Origin: a plasmid
Direction: 5' to 3' (one strand)
Sequence record: NZ_CP156668.1
Length of the DNA: 64,000 nucleotides
In this document: piece after piece, positions 9,962 through 19,972 of the stretch
Position numbering within the stretch: position 1 is the stretch's first letter
Layout of the letters: every line of letters starts with the position of its first letter
Translations under genes and position numbers: made by a program
Notes under the pieces: model-generated
The model's database searches: none
What the model was told of the DNA's origin: nothing
What the model saw: the letters and a program-made list of their open reading frames with translations, nothing else

Positions 9962-10618
9962 CTACCATATAAACATTGCAGGTACCAGAATAATCAGGTC
10001 TGATATTAGATGTATATACATACCTCCTCTCAATGAATTTGTAGACTTCCATGCTTGCGAATACGGATATCTAGAAAGTCCAACCATTAAACATGGCCAT
10101 AGTTGAAAATCATATGTCACAATGTGCATTATTCCAAATGCAAGACAACCAATTAAATTACTTAAAACCCATCCAAACTTATTGTTTTTAACATAAAAAT
10201 ACAACGGTAACGTGATTCCAGCAACTAATAACTCTTCTCCTACAATTGAAACTGAAGTTTTAATTACCTCTATTACATTAGACAAAATCCCGCCGTTATG
10301 TGCTGCTCCTACAGCAGGATTAGTTGGAAATGCATTAACATCTACTAAACTAAATATTTCCCCTACGGCTACTATTCCCCCTTTGATAAGGAACGACAAT
10401 AGTAATAGCATTGCCAATCTCCAAAAAAAAGGCCTTTCCATTGGCTTCATCATACTTTTGAATTGTCTATAACCAAATATTATTAACAAACTTGCACTAC
10501 CAAAAAACGTAGTAGACAGCCAGTTAAAACTATACGGAGTAACTGCCCCAACAACTCCAACTATTATTAAAGTCAAAGCAATTATCACATGCGTTATTTT
10601 TATAGGTGTTTTATTCAT
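9962..10618 (-). CDS. CPBP-family intramembrane metalloprotease-like (Abi/CAAX protease-like) membrane protein
   Basis: Polytopic; FGIMH (FxxxH) and HLISD (HxxxD) motifs; first motif lacks canonical EExxxR Arg. Confidence 0.45.
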   Translation of the reverse strand: MNKTPIKITHVIIALTLIIVGVVGAVTPYSFNWLSTTFFGSASLLIIFGYRQFKSMMKPMERPFFWRLAMLLLLSFLIKGGIVAVGEIFSLVDVNAFPTNPAVGAAHNGGILSNVIEVIKTSVSIVGEELLVAGITLPLYFYVKNNKFGWVLSNLIGCLAFGIMHIVTYDFQLWPCLMVGLSRYPYSQAWKSTNSLRGGMYIHLISDLIILVPAMFIW

Positions 10619-10644
10619 TTTGTCTCCCTGCTAAAATAATATGG

Positions 10645-12118
10645 TAGCGTCAAGAATCTTGTGTAAATGAAATGCCTTCGTACATATAATATGTATCTAA
10701 CTTAAATAAATGATGCTTCCAAGAGGTGTCCTGGAGTCCTTTGAACCCTCGGTGGATCCGCTTCAGAGACTTCTCGTTATAAACATTAAACTGAGAAACC
10801 AGGAAGCGATCCAGTGAATCTTCCGTTGGAAATTGTTCTTTGTGGTGGGTGGTACGCTTGAGATGCTTATTAAAGTTCTCAATCAGGTTAGTGGAGTATA
10901 GTGATTGCCGGATAGCTGGTGGAAAGTCCATGAAAGTGAGTAAATTCGGCATTTTAAGCAGATCTTTGATTAATTTGGGATAGGTCTGATGCCAGTTGTT
11001 GGCGAACTCATTCAGTTTCAGCTCGGCTGCTTCACGGTTGGCGGCCCGATGAACTTGTTTAAAGTCACTGATCACGGCCTTGCGGTCTTTTACGCGAACT
11101 TTGTTCAGCAGATTCCGCCCAACATGAACCAGGCAACGTTGTCGTTTAGCTTTAGAGAAATGCCGATTCAAGCCTTCATCCAAACCAACTAACCCATCGG
11201 CCACAAACAACAGCACATCTTTAACGCCCTGCTTGATCAAGGTTCCCAGCAGTTCAGTCCAGATTCCAGTCGATTCCGTTGGCGCCACTTGGTAGTTCAG
11301 CACTTCTTTCGTACCATCTGGACGAATGCCAATCGCAATATGAACGGCTTCTTTTTGAACGGTATCCCGCTTTAACGGCAAGTAAGTGGCATCTAAGAAG
11401 ATGGCCGCATATTGTGAAGCCAGTCGACGTTGCTAGAAAGCTTGAACCTGTTCATTGACGGCTTTAGTCATGTTGGAAACCGTGGCTTTGGAGTAGTGAG
11501 CACCGTACATTTTCTCAATGAGTTCGGCAATTTCAGCAGTGGTAATTCCCTTGGTATACAACTGAATGACCGTTGTTTCTAAATTATCACTGTGCCGACC
11601 GTAGGCTGGCAAGGTATGATTTTCAAACCGGCCATTGCGATCTCGAGGAATGGTTAAGTTAAGTTGGCCGTACTTCGTATCAAACGAGCGCTCATAACTG
11701 CCGTTGCGGTTATTACCAGTGTTAATCCCAGCGTATGAGTAGCGTTCGTAACCCAAAAACTCTGCCAATTCGGTTTGAAGCAGCTGGTTAATCGCAATTT
11801 CGAGGTGGTGACGAAAAACTTCGTCCAAATCTTGCTTTTGGGCTAGTGCAGCGATAATTTCTGTGGTAAGTTCATTCATGGGGAATGCTTCCTGTGATGT
11901 TTTCTGTGGTTACTAAATATCAGTATGCTTCCAAAATATTTGGGAATCCCCAACCTTTCACGACTGCAATTGGCTCAGCAGACATCAGCAGTATTCGATT
12001 ACTAAATGGTGCAAAAGGTGTTGGCATTTCTGTCTCTGAGAATCTATCAATTGTGATCATCGATTGGACAGAATTAACCCAATTAGCACGTCCTATTTTA
12101 GCACCTGTGCAGTAAAAA
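10645..12118 (-). mobile_element. IS256-family element (approx. boundaries)
   Basis: Mutator-type transposase; terminal GTGTAAAT-containing IRs at both ends (cttgtgtaaatg / catctgtgtaaat). Confidence 0.6.
10650..11879 (-). pseudogene. IS256-family transposase interrupted by in-frame TAG (~11430)
   Basis: Two consecutive ORFs (148 aa + 243 aa) in one frame separated by a single stop; together cover full-length IS256-type transposase. Confidence 0.75.
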
Positions 12119-12241
12119 TTTACACAGATGGATGAATTAGCTATTACGGCTCTCGTTGATCACATACAACAACGCATACCGTAACTTTTACCGATATCAC
12201 ACTCAAGCAGGGCAATACGGTGGCAAATGTTAATTAAAACA

Positions 12242-12280
12242 ACAAAAGAGTGTCAGTGTTTTTATGTACTGACACTCTTT
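12242..12280. terminator. Bidirectional terminator downstream of pgmB
   Basis: agagtgtcagt-gtttttatgt-actgacactct perfect 11-bp stem followed by T-run. Confidence 0.8.
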
Positions 12281-12288
12281 TTAGTTAT

Positions 12289-12960
12289 CTATTGCATTTT
12301 AGCTTCAATATTTGCTAATGTCACTTCTGAAGTAGACTCAAAATTCAGATCCGCTCCTGACAACACATCTGAAATACCAACTGCTAGTGATGTTTCACCT
12401 GCGCCATTGATTGAGGAAATTCCAGCAGCTGAATCTTCCAATCCAATGACATTTTCTGGATCTAAATGTAAGACTTCCGCAGCACGAACGAAGATTTCAG
12501 GATCAGGTTTCCCCTTTGTCAAAGTGGCGGGATCAACAATGCCAACAAAATATTCGGTCAATCCCAAATGATCTAGAATCATTGGTGCGTTTTTAGAAGC
12601 TGATGCCACCGACATTGTATAGCCAGCTGCCTTAGCTGATTGAATGAAATCTTTCATGCCAGGCAAAATATCATCTTCAGTCAATGTTGAAATGAGTTGT
12701 TGATAATTATGATTTTTCTTTTCTGCTAATGCTTCTTTATCTGCTTGAGAAAAATCATCGGCATGATCCCCAGCATCCAAAATCATTTGCAAGGAAGCCA
12801 TGCGACTGATGCCCTTCAAACCTTCAGCCAATTCTGGTGTCCAAGTTGTGCCAACCTCATCAGCTATTTGATGCCAAGCTTCACCATGAAAGCGCGCCGT
12901 GTCAGCAATAACGCCATCTAAATCAAAGGCAAAACCTTTAATATCTGAAAATTTAGCCAT
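12289..12960 (-). CDS. pgmB: Beta-phosphoglucomutase (HAD superfamily)
   Basis: FDLDGVIADT HAD motif I; operon context with GH65 phosphorylase. Confidence 0.85.
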   Translation of the reverse strand: MAKFSDIKGFAFDLDGVIADTARFHGEAWHQIADEVGTTWTPELAEGLKGISRMASLQMILDAGDHADDFSQADKEALAEKKNHNYQQLISTLTEDDILPGMKDFIQSAKAAGYTMSVASASKNAPMILDHLGLTEYFVGIVDPATLTKGKPDPEIFVRAAEVLHLDPENVIGLEDSAAGISSINGAGETSLAVGISDVLSGADLNFESTSEVTLANIEAKMQ

Positions 12961-12962
12961 TT

Positions 12963-13946
12963 TTATTTATCCTCGCTTTTTTTAATTTGGTAAGTTACAG
13001 TATATGTTTTTGTTTCATTTGCTGGCAAAACAATATCACCAAAGCCTTCATGATTAACCGCATCAGGCAAGGTCTGCATCTCAATAGCAAGCGCTGTTTT
13101 AATGTCACTGCTATCGTCAGGATTGGCAGTGAATACAACCACACCATTGCGATCTGAATCCACTGTCAAGGTCAAACTTTCATCGGGTGAAGTTAGTCCT
13201 ACTCCCTCCCCTTGACGGCTGGGATCTAATACCCAAGCATCATCGTAATGCTCTTGTCCCAAGGCATGCAAATGCGCAAAATCAAATTTTGTATTTTGAT
13301 TATCAATCACGTTACCGGTTGGAATCGCGTGGTTATCAACTTCAAGATGTTGACGTGATGCAATTTGTAATTTATGCTGACTGATATCTTGATCCTTACC
13401 AACTAAATTAAAGTAGACATGCGTCATTGGATTGAACAATGTATTCTCGGTTGAAACGCCACTAAATATAATGTCTAAACGATCTTCATCGTCCAATCGA
13501 TAGGTCACTTGGGCAGCTAATTGTCCGGCGAATTCATCATCAAAGGTACGTGTGAAATTAATTTCCGCCGCTGCACCCAAATTTCTTGCTTCACCGTGCC
13601 AATTAACCGCATCAAAGCCATTAATGCCAGAGTGTAAAACATTGCCATGATCATTTGGCGTTAATGTAAAATGTGCCCCATTAATATCATAATCAGTTTT
13701 TGATAGACGACCACCAACACGACCAATTGTATTTCCAAAATGGAATGGATTATCTAAATACGCGGCTAAATCATCAAATTGGACTAACAATTCTTGTTTG
13801 GCACCATCACGTTCAACGGAAAACGACTGCCAAGTTGCCCCGTATGAAATTGCAGTAATCTGTGTGTGCTTGATATTTTCTAGGGTAAACGCCGTCACGA
13901 CTTTTCCGTCAGGTAATTGCCCAAAATCCTTCTCTACTACTTTCAT
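12963..13946 (-). CDS. Aldose 1-epimerase (mutarotase)
   Basis: Galactose mutarotase-like fold motifs; position between GH65 phosphorylase and pgmB; start taken at MKVVEK with aggaaagga SD. Confidence 0.7.
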   Translation of the reverse strand: MKVVEKDFGQLPDGKVVTAFTLENIKHTQITAISYGATWQSFSVERDGAKQELLVQFDDLAAYLDNPFHFGNTIGRVGGRLSKTDYDINGAHFTLTPNDHGNVLHSGINGFDAVNWHGEARNLGAAAEINFTRTFDDEFAGQLAAQVTYRLDDEDRLDIIFSGVSTENTLFNPMTHVYFNLVGKDQDISQHKLQIASRQHLEVDNHAIPTGNVIDNQNTKFDFAHLHALGQEHYDDAWVLDPSRQGEGVGLTSPDESLTLTVDSDRNGVVVFTANPDDSSDIKTALAIEMQTLPDAVNHEGFGDIVLPANETKTYTVTYQIKKSEDK

Positions 13947-14002
13947 GATATCCTTTCCTGCTATACAGCAAATGAGCGATTCCTCGCTCATCATCATGCT
14001 TA

Positions 14003-16282
14003 TTACTTTGTCAATTCGACATCTTGCCCTGATAGGTCAATCACTAATGGTTCACCTGAAATCAAGTCAACATGTGCACCTTGACCATCGACTGACACTT
14101 CCAAAACATGACCGCGGAATACCAAACGGAAAGCATATTTTGTCCAATTCTTTGGCAAGAATGGCTTCAAGTGGAGTTTGCCATCACGAACACGCATGCC
14201 AGCAAATCCTTGCACAATCGCTAACCATGAACCTGTCATAGCGGTTATATGCAAACCATCTGACGTGTCATTATTATAATTATCTAAGTCCAAACGGGCC
14301 GCACGTTCGTACATTTCAACTGCTTTATCTTCCATTTGTAAGTCAGCAGCCAAAATTGAGTGAACAGATGGCGACAATGATGACTCATGCACTGTCAATG
14401 GTTCATAGAATTCAAAGTTGTTACGCTTTTCTTCTTCTGTAAACGCGTCTGGGAAATAGAACATGGCATGTAATGTATCAGATTGCTTAATATATGGCGA
14501 GCGCAAGATGCGATCCCATGACCAGTTTTGGTTAATTGGTCGAATGTCTTGTGGCATATCAGCAATTGGTGTCAAATCTTTATCCAAGAATGTATCATGT
14601 TGAACAAAGATATGTTTTTTACCTGTCTTGGTTTCAACATCAGCCTCTGGCAAATACATTTTATCAACAATTTCTTGCCACTTTGCTAATTCTTCATCCG
14701 TCAAAGCCAACTTAGCTTTTTCATCAGCATTAATTTCATCGTAGTGTTCAAGTGAGTATTGCAAAACCCATTTTGCCATCCAATTTGTATAGAAATTGTT
14801 ATTAACATTGTTTTCATACTCGTTGGGGCCCGTGACACCATGAATCATGTACTTATCGTTTCGGGCAGAATAGTGGACACGATCTGCCCAGAAGCGTGCG
14901 ATATTATACAAAACTTGTGCGCCGTCACCGTCAAGCCATGAGTGATCTCCCGTGATGTTTGTATAATTATAAATCGCATAAGCAATTGTCGAATTACGGT
15001 GAATTTCTTCAAAAGTAATTTCCCACTCGTTGTGTGACTCAATACCATCAAAGGTCACCATTGGGTACAAAGCACCTTTTAAGCCTTGTTCTTTGGCATT
15101 GTGGAATGCACCATCCAACTGATCAAAACGATATTGTAGCAATGAACGGGTCACAGACGGATCAGCAACACCAAGGTAAACAGGAATAGCAAATGCTTCG
15201 GTGTCCCAATACGTGGCACCACCGTACTTCTCGCCAGTGAAACCTTTTGGTCCGATATTCAAACGTGGATCATTACCATAGTAAGTTGAGAATAACTGGA
15301 ATAAGTTGAAGCGAATACCTTGCTGCGCCGCATCATCTCCTTCAATTTGAACATCAGCTTTTTCCCAACGATTAGCCCACTCTTGTGCATGTGCTGTGTA
15401 TATGTCGTCGTATTTTTGTGCGGCAAGATCCGCAGTTAGTGTCTCACCTGCTTTAATCACTTGAGCTAGGCTATCATAATCACGCGAAGTTGTCACAATC
15501 ACGCGCTTTTCAAAACTAACTGAACCTTTAGCTGGTACTTCAATGTCAAAGTTATCAGTCACTTCTTTTTCAGAGCGGTTCACACCATGCTTTTCACCGC
15601 CAACAAAGCTCTGACGGGCAACAACTGTAAATTGTGGCACACCAAACGGATTTTCAATTGTTTGCGTAGCGATAAATGATGAATTAGTCTCATTACCTGC
15701 GTCCAAAACTTGCCAAAACTTTTCATCATAATTTGAATCTTCATTGACAACGTCAGCGTCGATACTAGCATCAAAACGAATTGTGTGCGTTTGACCATCA
15801 GCAGATGACAACTCATAGTGAATATCTGCCAATTCCTTCACTGCTGCTGAAACTAAGCGCGTGATTTTAAACGTTACGCCAAACACAGTAAACGTTCGAT
15901 TCAAAACACCATTTTTCATATCCAATGATACTTCAAAATCAGTCACATCATTCTTAGCTAGATCAACTTGATTGCCATCAACGTAAATGTCTGCTTTGAC
16001 ATAGTTTAGCGCATTGATAGCTTTTCCAAAGTAAAGCGGATAACCATTTTTCCACCAACCGACACGTGTTTTATCTGGGAACCAAACACCACCAACGTAA
16101 ATTCCTTGATGTGTGTCACCGGAATAGACTTCTTCAAACATGCCACGCATGCCCATGTATTCGTTGCCCAAACTCGTCATAGATTCTTGGAGACGTTTAT
16201 CTTCGGGATTCAAATCATGTGATGTAACTGTCCAAGGATCAACTTCAAAAATTCGTTTCATAAGACTTTCTACCTCTTCCAT
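14003..16282 (-). CDS. mapA: Maltose (or kojibiose-type) phosphorylase, glycoside hydrolase family 65
   Basis: 759 aa, typical GH65 size; followed by mutarotase and beta-PGM as in Lactobacillaceae maltose phosphorylase operons. Confidence 0.8.
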   Translation of the reverse strand: MEEVESLMKRIFEVDPWTVTSHDLNPEDKRLQESMTSLGNEYMGMRGMFEEVYSGDTHQGIYVGGVWFPDKTRVGWWKNGYPLYFGKAINALNYVKADIYVDGNQVDLAKNDVTDFEVSLDMKNGVLNRTFTVFGVTFKITRLVSAAVKELADIHYELSSADGQTHTIRFDASIDADVVNEDSNYDEKFWQVLDAGNETNSSFIATQTIENPFGVPQFTVVARQSFVGGEKHGVNRSEKEVTDNFDIEVPAKGSVSFEKRVIVTTSRDYDSLAQVIKAGETLTADLAAQKYDDIYTAHAQEWANRWEKADVQIEGDDAAQQGIRFNLFQLFSTYYGNDPRLNIGPKGFTGEKYGGATYWDTEAFAIPVYLGVADPSVTRSLLQYRFDQLDGAFHNAKEQGLKGALYPMVTFDGIESHNEWEITFEEIHRNSTIAYAIYNYTNITGDHSWLDGDGAQVLYNIARFWADRVHYSARNDKYMIHGVTGPNEYENNVNNNFYTNWMAKWVLQYSLEHYDEINADEKAKLALTDEELAKWQEIVDKMYLPEADVETKTGKKHIFVQHDTFLDKDLTPIADMPQDIRPINQNWSWDRILRSPYIKQSDTLHAMFYFPDAFTEEEKRNNFEFYEPLTVHESSLSPSVHSILAADLQMEDKAVEMYERAARLDLDNYNNDTSDGLHITAMTGSWLAIVQGFAGMRVRDGKLHLKPFLPKNWTKYAFRLVFRGHVLEVSVDGQGAHVDLISGEPLVIDLSGQDVELTK

Positions 16283-16355
16283 TTTTCGAATGCTTAGCTT
16301 CAGCGCTAATATCTACGACGACCGATCGCACATATTAACGCCGAAGCGTTAGCCA

Positions 16356-17711
16356 TTATTGTGCATCTACTGGATTACTGTGAATTTCATTGATAAGCCC
16401 AACACTAACAGCACCAATTAACATTAAGATTCCGGATACTAAGATCATTGATGGGAAATGTGAACCAAGTGCAGGAAATAGTGCAAAACTAGCAACCGAA
16501 GCTAGAATTTGCGGCAAGCAAATTGAACCGTTAAACAATCCTAGATACGTACCCATGTGATCACCAGGCAATGCGTTGGTTACCATAATGAATGGGTATG
16601 CCATCATACCTGCCCATGAAATACCGATTAAAATAAATGAACCAATCAACAAATACTGTGAGTGAATAAAGAATACCGATGTGAAACCAATTGCCCCTAA
16701 AAAGAGTGACAAAGCATAACCCGTTTTGTTTTTAGTTGCTGGGATTTTTGATAAGACTAGTGACCACACGACGGCCGCAATAGCATAAACCGCTGACATG
16801 ATACCAAACCAATTACCACCATTCTGATACCCAGCCGTTGTTGGATCAGTTGCATGGAAAATATTGTCTGCCACAGCACCAGTACCATATGTCCACAAAT
16901 ATTGGAATGCCATCCAGCAGAAGAACTGAGTCAAAGTAACCATCCAAAATGTTTTTGGTGCACGCTTTAACAAAGTCAGGAAGCCACCTTCACCATCATC
17001 TGGTGTATTCAAAGCATAGCCATGATATAACTCATAAGTGGCATCATCGTATTCTTTCACGTTAAAGACTGCAATTAGTGAAAAGATAACTAAGACTAAC
17101 GCACCAACATAGAATGAAATAATCACAGAAGCTGGAACCTGACCTTTAGGTGCTGTATTAGCAACACCAATCGCTGTCAGCAAGAATGGAAAAATTGTTG
17201 CCAGGACAGACCCTGTATTAGATAAGAAACTTTGAATTGAGTACGCGTATGATTTTTGGTCTTCATTAACCATGTCACCCACAACCATCTTGAAAGGTTG
17301 CATTGCAACATTAGAACTCAAATCCATGAACAAAATTGTGATTGCTCCAAACCACAAACCAGCAGTAGTTGAAAAACCAAAACTACCTGAATTAGGCAAC
17401 AAGAACATCACAATAACTGCCACAAGAGCGCCAACCAATAGGTAAGGCATTCGACGACCAAAGCGTTTTGTCCAAGTGCGATCTGAAAAATAACCAACTA
17501 GTGGTTGAACAAACAACCCTGCCAATGGTGGTAGGATGAAGAAAAATCCTAACTTAGTGGGATCAGCACCCAAGGTCTGAAAAATACGTCCCATTTGGGA
17601 ACTCTGCAATGAAAATGCCATCTGCACGCCCAAAAATCCAAAACTCAGCATCCAAATGGTGCTTAGCGGCAAGTTTGGCAACCCCTGCCCTTTTTTCTTA
17701 TTTACCATCAT
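16356..17711 (-). CDS. MFS sugar:cation symporter (GPH family), probable maltose transporter
   Basis: 12-TM MFS; GYFSDRTWTKRFGRR-type motif; first gene of the maltose phosphorylase operon; start at MMVNKK after ggagga SD. Confidence 0.75.
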   Translation of the reverse strand: MMVNKKKGQGLPNLPLSTIWMLSFGFLGVQMAFSLQSSQMGRIFQTLGADPTKLGFFFILPPLAGLFVQPLVGYFSDRTWTKRFGRRMPYLLVGALVAVIVMFLLPNSGSFGFSTTAGLWFGAITILFMDLSSNVAMQPFKMVVGDMVNEDQKSYAYSIQSFLSNTGSVLATIFPFLLTAIGVANTAPKGQVPASVIISFYVGALVLVIFSLIAVFNVKEYDDATYELYHGYALNTPDDGEGGFLTLLKRAPKTFWMVTLTQFFCWMAFQYLWTYGTGAVADNIFHATDPTTAGYQNGGNWFGIMSAVYAIAAVVWSLVLSKIPATKNKTGYALSLFLGAIGFTSVFFIHSQYLLIGSFILIGISWAGMMAYPFIMVTNALPGDHMGTYLGLFNGSICLPQILASVASFALFPALGSHFPSMILVSGILMLIGAVSVGLINEIHSNPVDAQ

Positions 17712-17887
17712 TAATTCCTCCAAAATTTTTTTGAAACATAACTGATTTGCTCTAATCATGCACCATTTATATGAACAATTCGTGATGAAACTGTCTTTTT
17801 TAGAAATCAGGAACATGTTCTGAGCACCAATATATGTAACCGTTTGTATTTTATAGTATAGAACATTTGGATAATTAATGGAATCGT

Positions 17888-17917
17888 TTGCACAATGTTA
17901 ACGATAACATTATGCAA
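17888..17917. promoter_or_regulatory. 30-bp near-palindrome ttgcacaatgttaacgataacattatgcaa containing a cre/LacI-family operator core TGTTAACGATAACA
   Basis: Core fits TGNNANCGNTNNCA exactly; located in the 5' region of the maltose operon. Confidence 0.5.
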
Positions 17918-18375
17918 ATTTATTGTTTATCGAACAGCTATAGCTGCTGAAATGCTGGTATTTCCTAATTCTATCGTTTTTTGATTCAATTTAAGAAATA
18001 ATTTGTGCGACAATTTTTTCAACAATTAAGGCAAACGCTTGTCTTATGGGTGTTTAATTTCGGCTGAACCGCACTTAGCACAACAAGTACAATCTAATCG
18101 CTCGCACGGATAATCGTAGTCGGCAATTAGAAATTGTGCATTAAGTTCAATACTAATCTAACGATAAAACAATATAATAAATATCACGATATCCCTGCCG
18201 GCACATATATTCAGTCGTTTATTCAATGCCTGCCCGATTATTCACGTCAATAGATTGTGTCTCTGCCGTAATATCTAAGCTAATTTTCAGTGTCTAACCT
18301 TTTTGTTGTAAATTATAGCTAATCGAATCAATAATTCGGCTCAACTGTTGTAACATCTTCTAAAAGTAAGAAACG

Positions 18376-18754
18376 TGGATTGAAGTCAATATTTGAGACA
18401 GATTTTAAGAGACATTCAGAACCGCGTTTACCTTCCACAGCTCAAATAAATCATTAATCGCGATTAATAACTTATTTGAACCCTGGAAAGCATTAAATCA
18501 GGCGGCCATTTGGCTTGTAAGTGTTGCAATTTCAACTTGTAAGGGGGTCTGGTAGCCCAGTGAACTGTTGAATAGCCAATGCCATATTCTCTGACCAGTT
18601 GGGCAGCTGATTTGCCTTGCTTATATAGGTTGATAATGTTTTGTTTGAATTCTTTGTCGTAACGAGTTGGCATGTAAAAATTCCTTCCTTTTGAGAGACG
18701 ATTTATTCATTATACCCTCTCTTAAAAGTCGTCTCAGGAATCAGCTTACATCCA
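18376..18754 (-). mobile_element. MITE-like 379-bp internal-deletion derivative of the IS3 element (both ends retained)
   Basis: Right 190 bp and left 190 bp of the IS joined at ...cccagtgaact|gttgaatagcc...; deletion between tgaact microhomologies. Confidence 0.85.
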
Positions 18755-18884
18755 ATAAAGATGCTCTAAAAATAAGATACGATAAATTGCTTTCAGATGA
18801 TCAAATTCTCAAAAACAAAGTCGGTGTGAACGCCATTATTTGGTATGTTTTGGAAAAAAGTATGAACTGTAAATATTAATAAGC

Positions 18885-18921
18885 AAAAAGGCCACTAGGG
18901 TATACCCTAGTGGCCTTTTTT
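18885..18921. terminator. Bidirectional terminator with 26-bp perfect palindrome ggccactagggtataccctagtggcc
   Basis: Perfect palindrome flanked by aaaaa / tttttt. Confidence 0.75.
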
Positions 18922-18930
18922 GATCCATTA

Positions 18931-19260
18931 TCAATGGCTTTTTAAATTAGGGCCTAGTACTTTTGGAATGGAAATACTTTCCAACACCAAAAATTCTAGA
19001 CCCTCAAAAACTTGAACATGATTGTTCCGAGCTGTATTGAAGATCGTTTCGGGTAGCGATTTATCGGTAACAATGTAGTTAATCGCGCTCATTGGTGCAC
19101 TCATGTATAGTTGATGCTTACCGATTTTAGTGTAATCCACCAACAGCACAACCGCATCGGCATGAGCGGAAAAAGCTCGCTTGATATTAGCCTCTAAATC
19201 ATTGGCATCCCTAGATTGCATAATTAAAGTTACCACCCAGTAAATGTGAAAAAAGACTAT
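18931..19260 (-). pseudogene. DeoR-family regulator, C-terminal sugar-binding domain fragment
   Basis: ...AVVLLVDYTKIGKHQLYMSAP...NYIVTD... typical DeoR C-terminus; N-terminal part of ORF is non-homologous. Confidence 0.45.
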
Positions 19261-19279
19261 GGCAATAGTCAGGTGCTCA

Positions 19280-19500
19280 TGTGTGATTACACGCAGGCAA
19301 AGGAGATTAAAGTCGTGCTTAGCGAGATTGCTGATCAGGTTGCTGGCAGACTTCGTCACCATCAAGTACAAGTTGAAGTGGTTAGCGTTGGGATTGATTA
19401 TGCTGATGCAGAAGAAGCAGGCACCTCCGGTTTCGGTGTGCAAATGAAGATTTATCCCACAAATCACACTGACGATTTGAGCCCCAAAAAAACGTCCGCA
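19280..19500 (+). pseudogene. Fragment homologous to the C-terminal region of the Y-family polymerase gene at 45430-45600
   Basis: QVAGRLRHHQVQVEVVSVGIDYADAEEAGTSGFGVQMKIYPTNHTDDL vs QVAARLRHHHKLAGCLSLSIGFSYAAAEADGRGGFNQALKIEPTNDNQV. Confidence 0.55.
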
Positions 19501-19561
19501 CGTCCAACCGTACAATTCTTGTCCGGACCATTGACATTCTTGCCGAACGATTTGGCAGGTC

Positions 19562-19789
19562 ATGCACGAATTAGGCATTCAATCGACTATGTATCGCAAA
19601 CGTCCTAAAAAGCCTACAACCAATACCGACACATCGCAGAAGCCTAATTTAATGAGACATCTAGCTGATTTATCTGGGGTCGTTACCACTGACATCACCT
19701 ATATTCACCTGATCAATCAAAACTGGGTTTATCTCGCAACTTTGTTTGTCGTTCCTCGGTCACATCAAAACAAAATAAAACGCTGGTAA
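19562..19789 (+). pseudogene. IS3-type transposase fragment
   Basis: VVTTDITYI motif characteristic of IS3 OrfB N-terminal region; short, no catalytic core. Confidence 0.4.
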
Positions 19790-19892
19790 AAGACCTGATG
19801 ATGCGTGAATTTAAGAAATAGCCAAGTGCCTTCGTCAGAACGTAATTTCTTTTGTCCGGCCTATTGACATTCTTGCCGACGTAGAGCTAAAT

Positions 19893-19932
19893 AAAGACCC
19901 TGAAGAATAATAATATTCTTCAGGGTCCTCTT
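19893..19932. terminator. Terminator downstream of the GH32 gene
   Basis: gaccctgaagaat-attatt-attcttcagggtc 13-bp perfect stem, T-rich on both sides. Confidence 0.8.
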
Positions 19933-19972
19933 TAAATAATCTATATTCGCTACAGATATATTTATTTAATGG

